Part shown: positions 1 through 12,822 of the stretch, one piece after another
How positions within the stretch are numbered: the stretch's first letter is position 1
Layout: each line of letters starts with the position of its first letter
NCBI GenBank assembly: GCA_002633005.1
Contig: NMRA01000319.1
Coordinates: 165,546-229,545 of the forward strand
DNA length: 64,000 bases
Source: Phoronis australis
Taxonomy: Eukaryota; Animalia; Phoronida
Direction of reading: 5' to 3'
Notes under the pieces: model-generated
What the model was told of the DNA's origin: nothing
The model's database searches: none
What the model saw: the letters and a program-made list of their open reading frames with translations, nothing else
Program-made: the position numbers and the translations under genes

Positions 1-1014
1 GACTTATGTACAGTCTGCATTCGAATTTTGACATTTAATTCATAAAGAATTTTTATAACTCTCTTACTTATGATTTAAAAAATATGAAAACTTATTTTGA
101 AATTATAATACATATGCTACTTTGGGGTTGCGTGGTCTCTTGCACGTGGCTACCTCTACTGCTATCAAGCATGGGCACAGTATATAGCAGAGATTAAGCA
201 GTCGGTCGCTGCTGAAATGTTGTATGTAGATGAAAATTGTACAAACCTCTTCAGTGATGAGCACGTCATAAATGGGGTGGCGATAGTTGTTAAAACATAA
301 CCAATTTCGGAAAAAATAATTCGCAAAATCGATCTTTTTTTCAATGGTCAAAGGCTTCCGAATTGTTATGAATGCACACAGTTTCTCAGAATGATTTACT
401 GATGGTAACTATGGTAACTATGGTACTTGTTTGGTGCTATTAGTCTTTCATGAAAAAGTGAAAAAATCTATTGTCGGCCATACTGTGTCCTAAATTGGTG
501 AGATTTTCAGAGTGGGAGTGGAGTTTGTCACATATGTAAAATCACGTTTTCTGCACACAAACTCTCGTCCCCTCCACCAGATATCAACACTTAGTCGAAT
601 TAAGCGTCTGCTAGTTCTGAGAAAAATTAACAAACTTCTGAGGTACGTTTCTTAAATCTTCAGTCATTTTTCATGAAACAGTAACCAGAGGTTCAGTTAA
701 CTCAAAACAGTTTTTCGAATTATAACTCTTCGTTTTAACCACTGCGATGTTCCACAATTGAAAAAGACGTGTAGAGTCACCAAGTTCACTCGGTCCTGGG
801 TCCGATCTTGCCTTTATCCCCACGTACGGATTGTATTTCCCGTTTACCTCTAAAACTTCTCACTGTTCGGCCATTTCCTGGTCTCCAATTACCACAGGGT
901 ATTGGATCAAACATCTTTGACACTGGAACATTAAAAACTTTTTTCAAAGCCATTGATATTTCGGTGACAACTGACATTAAAATTTTGAATCTCGAAAGAC
1001 GACATCGAGGTTGC

Positions 1015-2016
1015 TTATAAAACCGTGCTCATTCTACGCGTTTGTTTCGCCATATTTAAGAGCTGAACTCTGCTTGTTGTTGAAGCTTTCCGATTGGATG
1101 CGCTGTCATGTTTTGGAGCAGTCAGCCGAGTAACTATTTCGCGCTCATCTTGAGTCGAAATATCCTCGTAATCGCCTTCAGACAAAAACCGTCTTTTCCG
1201 ACTTCGCGACCTTGTCTCACGAAATTCTCTAAATATCGCTGAAGTCGTTTTGCTTCTCACAAGAGGTGGAAATCGCGACTCTTCTGCTAATCTTTTTAAC
1301 AGATGTTTCTTTTTGCCATCGGGCAAAAAGCGGTCCATCAATTTGTTCTTTTCGCCTTCGATAAACCTTTTCACAGAAAACTGTGTTTTGCATTCTCCGG
1401 GAAAGATTTGAGACTCCTTGCGATTATATGCAATTGCGTTTTTGTACTCTAAACTTCCATACAACGTCCGATTAACGTTTCGTTTTTTAGGCTTGGTTGG
1501 CAACTCCGGCAGTTCCTCTGGGCTGGTAGGCGCTTCAATCGATTTTGCCTTCTGAGTTATAAACACGTCATCATCGATATCAACATCTAAAAGTTTTTTC
1601 AAATTGAACGGATCCTTGAACTGGTGCCTTTGGCGTCCGTTGAAATTTGACGTATTCAAAGATGCGTGTACATGATTGGAGGGAGGTGCAGTTCCTTGTA
1701 CGTATATAGATGAAGTGGAGGACGAGCTACGTTGGGGACTTGGGGAAGATTTTTTTGACGCACCTGTAGGGTTTTTCGTCTCAAGCGATTCGTGTTTCAA
1801 TCGATGTCGTTGATATACCTGTCTATACGCGTGTAGCTCTAGCAGTTCCTTCTTAGTTCCTTGAAAATCACGTTCAAGGTTTGCGCTTGACTTTTTGACC
1901 TGTTTATTCATGTCCAGCATCGTCTGGCGAAGTTTCGCCTTTTCCTTTTCGTTCTTTTGGCTCATTGTAAACAGCGCCTCCTCACTGACGCGAACTGAAC
2001 GAATGACTTTGGACAT
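1015..2016 (-). CDS. Uncharacterised basic, Ser/Lys/Arg-rich protein (333 aa) with N-terminal predicted coiled coil; single coding exon
   Basis: 1-kb stop-free ORF in AT-rich DNA. First ATG is at 2016 (MSKVIRSV...), with an in-frame stop upstream (2101-2103) and a splice acceptor (ttcttttccag) ending at 2125, implying a non-coding upstream exon. Helical heptad-like segment KNEKEKAKLRQTMLDMNKQV...KKELLELH. No family recognised with confidence. Confidence 0.75.
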   Translation of the reverse strand: MSKVIRSVRVSEEALFTMSQKNEKEKAKLRQTMLDMNKQVKKSSANLERDFQGTKKELLELHAYRQVYQRHRLKHESLETKNPTGASKKSSPSPQRSSSSTSSIYVQGTAPPSNHVHASLNTSNFNGRQRHQFKDPFNLKKLLDVDIDDDVFITQKAKSIEAPTSPEELPELPTKPKKRNVNRTLYGSLEYKNAIAYNRKESQIFPGECKTQFSVKRFIEGEKNKLMDRFLPDGKKKHLLKRLAEESRFPPLVRSKTTSAIFREFRETRSRSRKRRFLSEGDYEDISTQDEREIVTRLTAPKHDSASNRKASTTSRVQLLNMAKQTRRMSTVL

Positions 2017-3108
2017 CCTGGGTTTTCTACCACCAAATATGGTAAAATAGATTTTATTTTCCGGATTCCTGGTGGTCTTTCTTGTTTTCTTCAATGATTG
2101 TTATTACTTCAAAAGGGGCCACTCCTGGAAAAGAACATGTGGATAAATCATAAAACCCTGCAGTTAGCGCAATGTTATTGCCTTTAACAGTACGGAAATT
2201 TATTCCAGGAAGAACAGGCTTAATATCTCGTCTTACCGCTAGGTTCTTAAACGGGCGTGACGGTGACGTAACGGGCCATGTTCGGCATTACTCGTTTAAA
2301 AAATTTAAATTGTCAGGAACACAATCACAATGCAATGGCGTCAAAGAAGTCAGAGAAAGTAATCTGGATACTTTTCATCTTCTTGCCTTTGATGAAGGCG
2401 GAGTTATACTTTGATATGAAATAAATAAAATGCTGTCTTCTTGAAATTATTCGTCAGAGTTTTTGCCACGTACAAAATGAATAAACCCTCATGATCTACT
2501 ATCACTGTGCTGGAAGTCAAAAATGGCACGACTCGCACATATTTTTGTTCGGCGTTTTATAGATTTTGCCATAAGTCATTTATAAAGGTAAATACTCGAG
2601 TTTAAGTGGTTATTTCCAAAATGCGCGATCCATTAACTGTGTTTACTGTCTGCGCACGAATTATTGAAACCTGTGAAATATTCCGCCGTTAGCATGATTC
2701 ACTCAATTCTGTTTGCAAACGATTAATAGCAACACAATCGCATGAAAAAGCTCCAAACACAAATTACTATAAGAGTCAATGTACTCGAATATAAAGTGCA
2801 AACAGTCGTCAATTTCTGACATTATTTTAGGATTTGAAAGTTTCTATATATAAATTGCTGTGTACTTTTCCTTATAAAAATATCACTTATGAAATTGATC
2901 TTTCGCGGTTCAGGGAGGACGCAATTGACATCGTATAACAAAGGAGGTATACCTGGTGACTACGGTTACCCTTACACCTGAATCATAAATGTCCCTGTTT
3001 CTTAGTTAAAGCTCACACAAAACACAGCATTGCGTGAAAATAGCCAATCTATGTACATGTATACAGTATGCAAGTCAAATTTTGCTCAGAGTCTAAACAC
3101 CAGGCGTG

Positions 3109-3235
3109 CGTTCAGTAACGCTAGGACCTAGAGAAAATTTAGTCCAAGTCACGTGGTCTCATTTGAAATACGCGGCAGTATCTCTCGAAATCTCCCGAAG
3201 TCTTGCTTTTTAGCGAGTTCCTAGCGCTACTGAAC
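3109..3235. mobile_element. MITE-like element with terminal inverted repeats (copy 1)
   Basis: gttcagtaacgctaggacct ... agttcctagcgctactgaac are imperfect inverted repeats. The interior aligns by eye with 12363..12505. Confidence 0.6.
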
Positions 3236-4754
3236 GGGGGTGGGTGTACATGTAATTTGTCCCTAAATTCGCAGGACGTTACATTCATGTCGCAACAAAA
3301 CTTGCAATGTAAGGCACTTGACATGGTAGTACGAGTGTTCATTCGTTCCTGTCTATATCCAAACTCCAATTTTAGTCATAGGTTGCGAACACCTCTCAAA
3401 GTGTCTATGGTTTCTCGCATTATAACTCCTGGCTCACAAAGACCATGAAGACTTTATTACGATAAAATCCAAACATCTAAGAACCCACGATAATGCTGAG
3501 TTTTAAGTGAAAACGTTGTTCGTGAATATTCAATAAGTAAATATTTTCGAAGTGAATCGAAAAGAAAGCTGCTCGCATGGCTTAAAATAAAACATTGCAC
3601 CAATCTATCGTCATGAGAGGTGATAGGAACAAAGAGACATACTGTGTACTGTCTTGTTGCATAATGGAAAAGAAAAGTAATAAGTTTAATGAAACGCATT
3701 TGAACACGCTCCCTCTACACTGCATACAACGTAGCGGCCTCCGTCTACATGTGTTTTCTCTGATGTGTTTCGTTTCCTCAGTTTCCCAAGTGTGAATACT
3801 TAGAGTTCATTCACAATCGGGCATCGCCTTCTAAAATGAAAATGGCGAAAATGAGACGTACTTTTAAACAACGGTGTGAGTTCAATTTTACACGTTGTTT
3901 CTTCTTTTTTTGTTTTTGCTTCCTCAAATTCTGTACTTTGAATATTCAGAGTTTTCGTATAATACTGCATGATCTTCGAAATTTAAATTCACAAAATGGG
4001 AGCAAATTTTGTGTGGGGTCATTTCCGTCAGGCAGTTCATTATAGCCGTCATGACTTTGTGGGATCGTCCTTTGTGTTTACTAGACTTTATTCTTATACC
4101 AATAATTCGTTACATGTATATATTTAGAGATTTCACTTGTTAACAGGTGAGTGTTGAACGCCTGACACATCAAAATATTTTAAAGGGTTGGAAGAAAATA
4201 ATGCGATCAGAATGACATTGAACGTATTGAACACTATTAACGAACAAAACGGACAATATCTTGTCCAAGTGTACCACACGCGAACGTTTGAAAGGCCCAA
4301 AACCAATCGTAGACAATCAAACGCTGATCTTACCTTACAAAGATTTTTCTCAAGTGGAGACAAGTAACTGTTTGACTGAAATGGTGCCACACGGTGTCTT
4401 GAACACATAAGCGTGTGTAAAATCCAAGTTTGCTCGATAACTGAGCGTACACATGACAGAAAGTCAGAAACACATGAGTTATACCGAACCAGTCAACATG
4501 CTTTTGTTGAGCAAGTGCGCGTCGCTAATTAATTCCTTCTTGATTACCATGTAACAAAGCTTTCGTCAGTTGTTTGAACATAATTTATTGATTTCGGATA
4601 TCGATTGATGCGATGATGAATTACGCTTTATGACGCTGTCCAAATATTTTGATCAAAAGTCAATGATTGTGGCTAGCGTTGACGTCGTCTAATTAGCAAA
4701 GACAACGCATTGTTGCTCACAATCAAAGACCTGAGTTGTATTGATCCTAGAGTG

Positions 4755-5025
4755 CACAGCGTACGTGAGTCGGCACACTGATATACGTGTACGTGTAGGC
4801 ATACGATACCTATATATAAATTTGTACACACAAATTCATACTTACGCGCATACACCTGCACGCACACGCACGTACGCTTACACCGTGCATGAGGCATGCA
4901 ACATAAACACAAAATACATATGCACATACGTGCACGTGTACAAGCAATTGTTCGTGCATGTGCTCAGGCGTATGCTTTTGAAACGTATACAAATTTGCTC
5001 TCGTCCATGGTACACGTGTATCCCC
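4755..5025. repeat. Degenerate alternating purine-pyrimidine low-complexity tract (AC/GT/ACGT-rich)
   Basis: Runs such as atacgtgtacgtgtaggcatacg and cacgcacacgcacgtacgc. This explains the spurious overlapping ORFs here. Confidence 0.7.
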
Positions 5026-5878
5026 GAGCAAGCTTAATTCAATGAAGGCGTTGGTAAATATGAGCAGTCGCTATATTTGTCCATTCAATTTAAGGACAAA
5101 TATTATAGCAATACTGTGCAACCAGGAAATGACTAGATGAATATTTAAATAAACTTAAAAATAGTCACATCATCAAAGAAGCAAATACATTTATTCTCTG
5201 TTGATATTTTTGATACTGTACTCGGTGTCTGCTCAAATCTACCGTATCCGGATGTCATGAATGATCTTTAAAATATTTTATCAAAATTATCACACGCTGT
5301 TGTTTGTGAAAATTACACAGGTATATACTTACATCTCTTGTCAGCTCCAGACTCTTCATTACTGTGGAACCTCGTTTTAGTAATATGCAGGTGTTCCCTA
5401 GCTGAAAGGTATTACATATAATGTTACAACGGATTTAGTTGCAATTCTAAGGCTTGTTGGTCTGATAACATAATAGGTTTGCCACCAGACTCATAACGGT
5501 CAATATGATAACCAGTGTTCCTCGTGTGCGTAATCGAACTTTTTAAAAAGCGTTTTCTTATAAATCGAAGAGAATCGTGACACACCAGTTTTCAATCATA
5601 GTAAGAAACATTGTGGCAAGAAATTAGACAAGGGCACGACTTGTCGAAAAAGCAGCAGTGCTTGAAGAAAAGACACAGAAAATCGAGAAAACTTGGTAGC
5701 AGCGGGAGAGAAGTTAATCCTCAGTAGTGACATCTACAGCGTGGACATGGAATCATAAAGTTGCTTAATAAATTCAAGAAAGTAAGTCTTAAAAGTTCCT
5801 CTCCACTAAATTGTTAATACAAAAAGTTCTAAGTAGTTGCATGCTGTTTAATGGTTGTTAGGCCGAAAGGTTCATCTT

Positions 5879-6028
5879 GGGTGGCGCAGCACTGAAAAAA
5901 GTGGAGAGCTGTAGCCCCCCGAGCACCCCCTGTGGTGCACCATCCATAAACCGTGGGCGGCGCAGCACTGAAAAGAGTAGGGGGATATAGCCCCCCCCCC
6001 CTCAGTCCCCTATGGTGCGCCGCCCATC
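5879..6028. repeat. Two tandem ~75-bp GC-rich units, each with short inverted termini (mini-MITE-like)
   Basis: gggtggcgcagcactgaaaa...tggtgcaccatccat followed by gggcggcgcagcactgaaaa...tggtgcgccgcccat. Confidence 0.6.
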
Positions 6029-9000
6029 CGCATTTTGTGATTATTGTTGGATGGGCTATGAAATAATAAAATTCGTAAAGTTTTTGATGTTTTATTGCAA
6101 ATGGACAATTTTCGCCGATGTCTGACGTACATTGGCTGATATCAAGGCCGCTGACTTCACCAGTTAAATTCCTTTAAGTGACTCGATTTTATGCAGCGCG
6201 ATTTAGTTCGTCAACATTCCGCTTGGCTGCGAACGCGCACGTTCGCCAAAATATGCGCTGGGGCTGATTTTATAAAATCACTTTTCTCGACCATAAATGT
6301 GATATAAGAAGCAACTCACTTCACAAGACACGCATGGTCAGCCGAGCCGAAACCGATGGTCGCATGAAATTGGCTTCCACTTGCCGGTGATATCATAGAT
6401 ATGTTTACAGACTGATAAAAGACATTTATCGAGTATAGTATGGAATTAACTGTTCTTGTATAGTCAGCAGTTTAGTAACCCGGCATTCTGGGTAAAAGTA
6501 AAATGCACTTAGTGTCCCTATCGATGTTATCTAAATGGTTTGAACGTTGATAAGTGACAAGAATGCTGCATTGAGTATTGTAGATGTACGGCGTGCACGT
6601 AGACCGAGAGGTTGACTAAGTAGAATCGCTTAGAATTTCAATAGCTTCACTAGTTATCTGGTCATGAAAATCGAGACACACTGCGAAACAGTACAGGAGA
6701 TTTTCCTGGTCACTTTGGTGAGGTCGTTACATACACCGTCCTCCATCACCTGCATTGCACCTCCCCCCCCCCCCCCCCCCCCCCNACCGTGTGCCTCCTC
6801 TCCCGTCGCTTTTTCCTACATGAATATTGCCTATGCCAAGTAAACGGTACTATCGATTCCTAACGGGGATGTATAATGTAGTGGCACGCATTCGTCAACA
6901 GGAAGATTGGCAAGATATCGTTGCTGTTGAGAAATACTTTGTGGAAGTAACTCAGCAGCTAACTGCATTGAGTTGCATGATTTGGGTCGTCCATACAACT
7001 GCCTACAATGGTCAATTTTAATGGTCCCAGATTTTGAGAATATGACAAATGTGATTCTTTCTTGCGTGTATGGAATCGCAGTTTTCCTCCATATTACTGT
7101 CGGTAAAATATCACTTGCAGTGGGCTAGATATTGTATATGAGCATGAATCTTAATAACTCATATCATCGTAGTTAATGACTTCCAAAGGATGTAACATGC
7201 TACGTAAATCCACGGATCAAAGTAGTATCTGTTACTTCGCATAAAATCAATAAAAAATCATAACGCTGTAACTTACCTTGTGCACGCGTTCCTGTCGGTG
7301 AAAAGAATAAACGCTCCCTGCGTTGCGCATAAGTCAGCCCTATCCCCGCACTTGGCAATTTTGGTCGAATGCCACTGCAGCGCTTCCACTCAAATCGATA
7401 CATGTGTATTGAAAAAGAAGATGTTTTCTGTGCAATCTAACAAGGAACGACCCATGTAAATTGTACCTGAAATGTCTGTTCACCTAACACTGTCTGTGTT
7501 TATTCATAAATATACAGTTTCATTTAAATATCAACCGGGGCCATTGTAAATATTTGATTGCTCCGTCGTCGGGGAAAGTGGTTTAAACGCGACAAGTGTA
7601 AACAGTGGGCACAAATGTGGCTTCTTTTTCAAAATCGAGAATTTGATCTCTCCATTTGATCCCGCTAGCAAATAAACATTTCGAGTTATCGTTCTAGTGT
7701 GATTTGCTCAGCTTCATAAACAATGGCCAGTCTTTTGTAGCAATTCTTTGCGCATGTCGTTTTAACAGGAAGTAATAAAGACCTTTGCTAATTTGCACAG
7801 CAAATGAATTAGGGCTCCATATTGCTAACTATGACTGTAAAATTCTTTGGGTTTTAATTATAAATACTTTTGGCTGCTGCTTAACAGCCAATGTTGAATT
7901 CTTAACCAAAGCGCTTCAGGCTTTGAAAATTTACTCCGCCCACCGAACTTGAATTAATGCTTAATCGGCCGGCAACTCAAATAAAAGGCAATACGTACTC
8001 GAGCAATTTTCGATCGCGAATTCGTAGTCTTAAGGTAAGAAAATCTCAGTAAACTCTGAAGCGTTTTCTGGTGTTGCTGGTATTTTCTAGATTTTTTATC
8101 AGTCAAGTTAAAGGCCTATCTCAGTTGTCGCTTTTGAACAGCAAAATGAGAAATTTTGTATCTCACGTCCGTTAATTCCCATCAATTAACAACATTTTTA
8201 TAATAAAAATGAGCAGCTTAATTTTATATCAAAGGCATCAAAAATATCAAAAAGTAACCCCACCAGTCGATCAGCCGTCAAATCAGAACACTACCTGACG
8301 ATATGTTAATGAGCTGTTCTCGCGTTACGAACATGTATTGGTCGATATTTGCTGCGTCAAATTGGAACATCCAATCACAGCATTAGTCATCCTCCGTAGT
8401 GATTATTGTGAATCAGACACTGCTGCTCTTTTTCCCGTCGTTTATGGTATTATAAAGAATGACTGAGCATTGCGTTTGTAGTGGTTGCAACAACTCAGTA
8501 TTTGTCCACGCTGTGGCGCTTTTCACTTTCCCGTGGGACCCCGCAGAAGCGCAGCTATAGTACAAGCAAGGAGCGTACTACACTCCTTGGTACAAGGTTT
8601 TACAAGAAAATCTCGTATTGGTGAACATAAACATTAAAGTCACATTTCTTCTGTTTTTTTTTTCGTTTTGGGATATTGCCTTCACTATTGTGATTTTGCA
8701 GCGCTATAAATGAATTTTCAATGATGCTGACCATTTAGGCCAGTCACTGGTCAAAACAAGGTAAATGGTAGTTTTAAGCATTTTAAAAAATTCGATAATT
8801 TTTAAAAGTAGTCAAAAACATGGCTGACTGTAATAAGAGTTTTTAGCATCTTGTCACAGAGGAATTTTGGTTAGCCCCCATGTCTTATGATATCGTTGTT
8901 CCTCTACAGACTATTGAGGGCTTGACAACTCGTACAATTTATCCATTTTGAGTTTCCCGGTTGTTTTTAATTAAAATAGGTGTTAAAATGCCGTTTCGTT

Positions 9001-9197
9001 ACCGACGGTTAAAAAGTCAGGTGAAATAATATCAAGTAAAAAACGAACGTCTGTATTAAAATCTAATATTTTAATAAGTTTTAATACAGGCGTTCGTCTT
9101 TTTACTTTATACTAGTTTACTAAGTTTACCATAAATTTACACATGTATTTATAACAACTTGTATTGTTTTTGGTTGACAGGTTGTCTTGTCCAAGTA

Positions 9198-9200
<3 letters not shown>

Positions 9201-9236
<36 letters not shown>
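9201..9236. repeat. (TA)n microsatellite
   Basis: About 18 perfect TA units. Confidence 0.95.
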
Positions 9237-9240
<4 letters not shown>

Positions 9241-9603
9241 AGTAACTATAATAATTCGAATACTGATTGCTTGTGGTAGACAAACAATCATTTTAAGTAT
9301 ACTATTGAAGTGCATCACGGCTAAAATGTACTGCGACTAAGATTAGCGAAGCGTTTCTCCTTATGAAAGATTTTGAACAGCATCGCCGCTGGAAATTTGG
9401 AGGAACGGACATGCTCCCAAAAGGTGAGGGTAATTGTGCTTGTAACTCAATCACAGGATATTTCCGTTGACTATTTAGAGACGATCAATGCGAAATCAAT
9501 CTTACAGCACTTTATTAAATATGCAAATTTTACAATAATATGTTTGGGCAGTAATGATGATTAAAAAGTGAATATAAAATCTTAGAGTTGTACATTTTGT
9601 AAT

Positions 9604-9891
9604 TTATAGAAAGTAATGACGACGAATTGCGTCCACTGATGGTAACAAAGTCAGCGGACTAAACGCTGTGCTCACGTTCCACGGATGGACATTAATCAGC
9701 GGATTTAGTACTACAGGTGGCAGCACGGGTCGATACTCGAGTCTCGATGGAAAGGGCTCCGCGCGAGGCTTGCCTTTCACGTTATCGGCGGACGTAGCTG
9801 TTGTGAGACGATTGTTTTGGCCGTTTGAGGTGCTTGGTCCAACGTCAGGTGGTACCCTCTTTTGTCTTGATCTTTTGTTTTGAAACCAAAC
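9604..9891 (-). CDS. PRD-class homeobox gene, exon 3 (helix 3 VWFQNKRSRQKR and C-terminal tail)
   Basis: Acceptor atttttcag|GTT TGG TTT CAA AAC AAA AGA; 96 codons ending in TAA at 9604-9606; AATAAA on the minus strand at 9511-9516. Confidence 0.9.
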   Translation of the reverse strand, partial: VWFQNKRSRQKRVPPDVGPSTSNGQNNRLTTATSADNVKGKPRAEPFPSRLEYRPVLPPVVLNPLINVHPWNVSTAFSPLTLLPSVDAIRRHYFL

Positions 9892-10429
9892 CTGAAAAAT
9901 ATTTTTGACAACTTGAAAAGCATGCTAGACATTCTGCGTTAAATATAAGTCAATTTTTAAACGGACTTATATTTAACGTTTAAAAGTATTTATTGAAGCC
10001 GCGGTGTCTGAATTTACCGTACAACTTTATCCCGACAGTACGTCAACGTGAAAACATGCAGCAATCATCTGAACTTATTTTCCTTACATAGAGTTATTGA
10101 CAACAAATCATGCGCGCACACAGCCTTCGATTTGGGGGAGATCGAATTCCTGACCTTTAGGTAACAAAAAAGCTGGAGGACTAAAAAAAACGGGGGCACC
10201 GTTTGTGCCTTTGTGTTGTTTAGTGGACTTTTCTCTCATTCTCTCGGACTTCTTGTTTCTCAGAGGCGGACCTTTTTGCCCACTTCGTCAAATGGGCGGC
10301 TCCTTCGAGCTCCCCGAGCCCTCCTCCCCCCGGGTGCGCGCATGCAAATTCAAAACACATTCATATGCAAAAAATCACTCAACGGAATGTTTGCTTCGGT
10401 GTCAAGTTTCTAAAAATAAATTTACTCAC

Positions 10430-10602
10430 GTGAACGCGAGACTCTGGTACTTGGAGCAGTTGCGCGAGCTCTTCTCTCTCGGTAATACCCGGATATGGAT
10501 TTACTGCGAACACTTTCTCTAGATGCCTGACTGCTTCTTTAGGAAATGTTGTTCTGAGTCGTCGTTTTCGTCGTAATCGCAGCACTGTGGGAGGGGGCTC
10601 CT
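10430..10602 (-). CDS. PRD-class homeobox gene, exon 2 (homeodomain residues 1-46)
   Basis: KRRLRTTFPKEAVRHLEKVFAVNPYPGITEREELAQLLQVPESRVH|gtgagt. Phase-0 intron between homeodomain codons 46 and 47, typical of the PRD class; acceptor catttcag. Confidence 0.92.
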
Positions 10603-11504
10603 CTGAAATGTGACAAAAACATCGTTACTTTGTACCAGGTTTTATCCGACTTAAAGGTTAGACATATAATTGTTCATCATTTCTCGGTATTCAAGCCACG
10701 ACACTCACGTAACACAAAAAGCAATAATGTTTTACTGCCTTGCAGGTCGATCCAAAACTTATTTAGCTCTGCAGGCATTTTGCGGCATTCTCTTTCTGGC
10801 AACCTGGGAGACATCACGGATATCAATACGATTGAACAACAATTCGAACTTTACCTTTTAATGTTAGTGAGAGCAGTGTATATTATTTACAAATTTTATG
10901 TATTTATTCATTTGTTTATCTCACGCGCGTTGATTCTGTCGAGGGAAATACGGTCATGAAATAAAGTTTTCCGTATTCACCTCCCGCACTACTTTAACAG
11001 CGACCTCTGATATGGCCAAAATTCAAAAGGTAGGTCAATGTCGACTCGACATCTTCAGCCGGTTCGATCATCATACTTTCCGAATATAGTTTAAAGTAAC
11101 ACAGTTGCAACAGTGTACCTAACACTCGACATGCAACCAGGCCCTAAACGTAACATCTGGAACAAAACTGTTAATTGTAAGACACTTATGTCTCAGTTTT
11201 CAATTGCTGAATAGTATATCGTCTGCAACTCATGCGCCGATACCTAGGAAATTAAAATATCAAATATTGTTGTTTTTTAACTATTTCCAGGAGACGTTAC
11301 AAGTTCACTGATCAGTTGCCGTTGTTTTCATCTTTGCTACCTCTGTTCAAGAAATCCTTACTTTTAAAACTGTTTCTTTTTCAAGAGAAAACTTGCAAGT
11401 ACATATATATAGGATGTGATCCGCCATGTGAACAGTCTGAATGAAGTATTTGAAAAATCTGCCGAAAATATGCAAGAAAATTAGGGATTCGAAGCGCATG
11501 GGTT

Positions 11505-11645
11505 AAATACAAAAAAGTACCTCGATTGACGTAAATGAAGTAATATCCCACTCGACCTTATTCCTTCGGTCTGGGTCGATACGCGGAATAATGTCTCGTG
11601 GGATATTACTTCGTGTACGCCACTCTCGGTACGTTTTGTGTATTT
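11505..11645. mobile_element. Palindromic (hairpin) MITE-like element in homeobox intron 1
   Basis: aaatacaaaaaagtacc...gaagtaatatcccac...ttattcc pairs with ggaataa...gtgggatattacttc...ggtacgttttgtgtattt. Confidence 0.65.
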
Positions 11646-12362
11646 ATTCAATGGCCGCATTTCATGTAACTGCGTTTATCAATCTTGTTCATCTCTTTCT
11701 CACTTCTAAACAACTGTTTCACTCGCATAACCCGATCTGATGTTATATATTGATTGTATTACACTACCAAAATTTTGTGGTATCTATGCCGCCTGGACGT
11801 CAAGTGCCGCTAATCACCAACCTACCAACCGGGCGATTGAAACTAAGGGAATATATTAATATACATGTACATGTATTTGTAACCCATTCACCGAAGCCAT
11901 AAATCCCTGACAACAAGCAAGTACACGATGCCAATACATCAAAGTACAGCAGACGATACTGCGAAGAAGGCAGACGAGAATGGTGAATAATGTTGTCCTC
12001 GGTCTTCGGCATTGGGTAACGATGCACCCTCTTGGTCCAAACACTATATCATAGAACAACACACTCGGGATTTATCCGTAATCGCATAAAAGCTATCCGC
12101 TTTCGTACGAGCGTCGGCGGAAATGAGAAAAAAAACAATGCACTATTTTGCCAATGAATTTCATTTTAATTATGAATACTTTGGAAAAGTAATTAATTTC
12201 ACCACATACAGAGAATCCCAGTGATGGTCTGACTTTAAGATTCTGAAAAATCTTTAACGCTGTGACGAAATAGCCGCAAATAGGAAGGGAGATTTCGATG
12301 CTTATGTTTGCGAACGGAAAACAACTGGTCTGTTCATTTGACAAGGTGTGATGCCAAATCAA

Positions 12363-12505
12363 TTGTTCAGTAGTTGTCTCGCGACTAGAAAAATCTAGCC
12401 AAAAACACGTGTTCTCATTAAAATACCTGGCACTATCTCAACTAATCTCGCGAATTCTTGCTTTTTAGCGAGGACCTCGCGTAGGTCCTAGCGTTATTGT
12501 ATCTA
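12363..12505. mobile_element. MITE-like element (copy 2 of the 3109 family)
   Basis: Shares gttcagta, cacgtg.tctcatt.aaatac, tcttgctttttagcgag and cctagcg with 3109..3235. Confidence 0.55.
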
Positions 12506-12822
12506 CCCCGAACTTTATATGAACTTGAGTACCGCCAACTCTGCTTTGGAGTATTCTGCGAACCAGATTTGCACAATTTCAGAAAATTCGACAAGTTTAG
12601 TGGTGAGCGCAAAGATCAAAACTAAAATGGCTAATTACTAAACAATCAAGTCAAATCATTTGGGTTTAGATACATGGTTTTTTCAAGAACAAACAACAAA
12701 TCAATTCATTGTTACTTATAGTGTACATGTAATAAGCCTCAGTACCAATATTCAAAATGAGAATCGTAGAGATGTGCACGTAGCCAACAATTAGTTACTA
12801 GGGAGTTTATAAATAAGCTTAC

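Noticed and set aside
103-351. 82-aa minus-strand ORF at the window start
   Set aside because: Non-ATG start, no recognisable motif and no convincing splice structure.
402-426. RFX X-box-like GTTACCATAGTTAC (minus strand)
   Set aside because: It lies in a 9-bp tandem repeat (atggtaact x ~2.7) with no identified promoter nearby.
4673-5037. Three overlapping Cys/Val/His/Tyr-rich ORFs
   Set aside because: Artefact of alternating purine-pyrimidine low-complexity sequence.
6764-6785. Poly-C run ending in N
   Set aside because: Homopolymer at a probable contig join; length unreliable.
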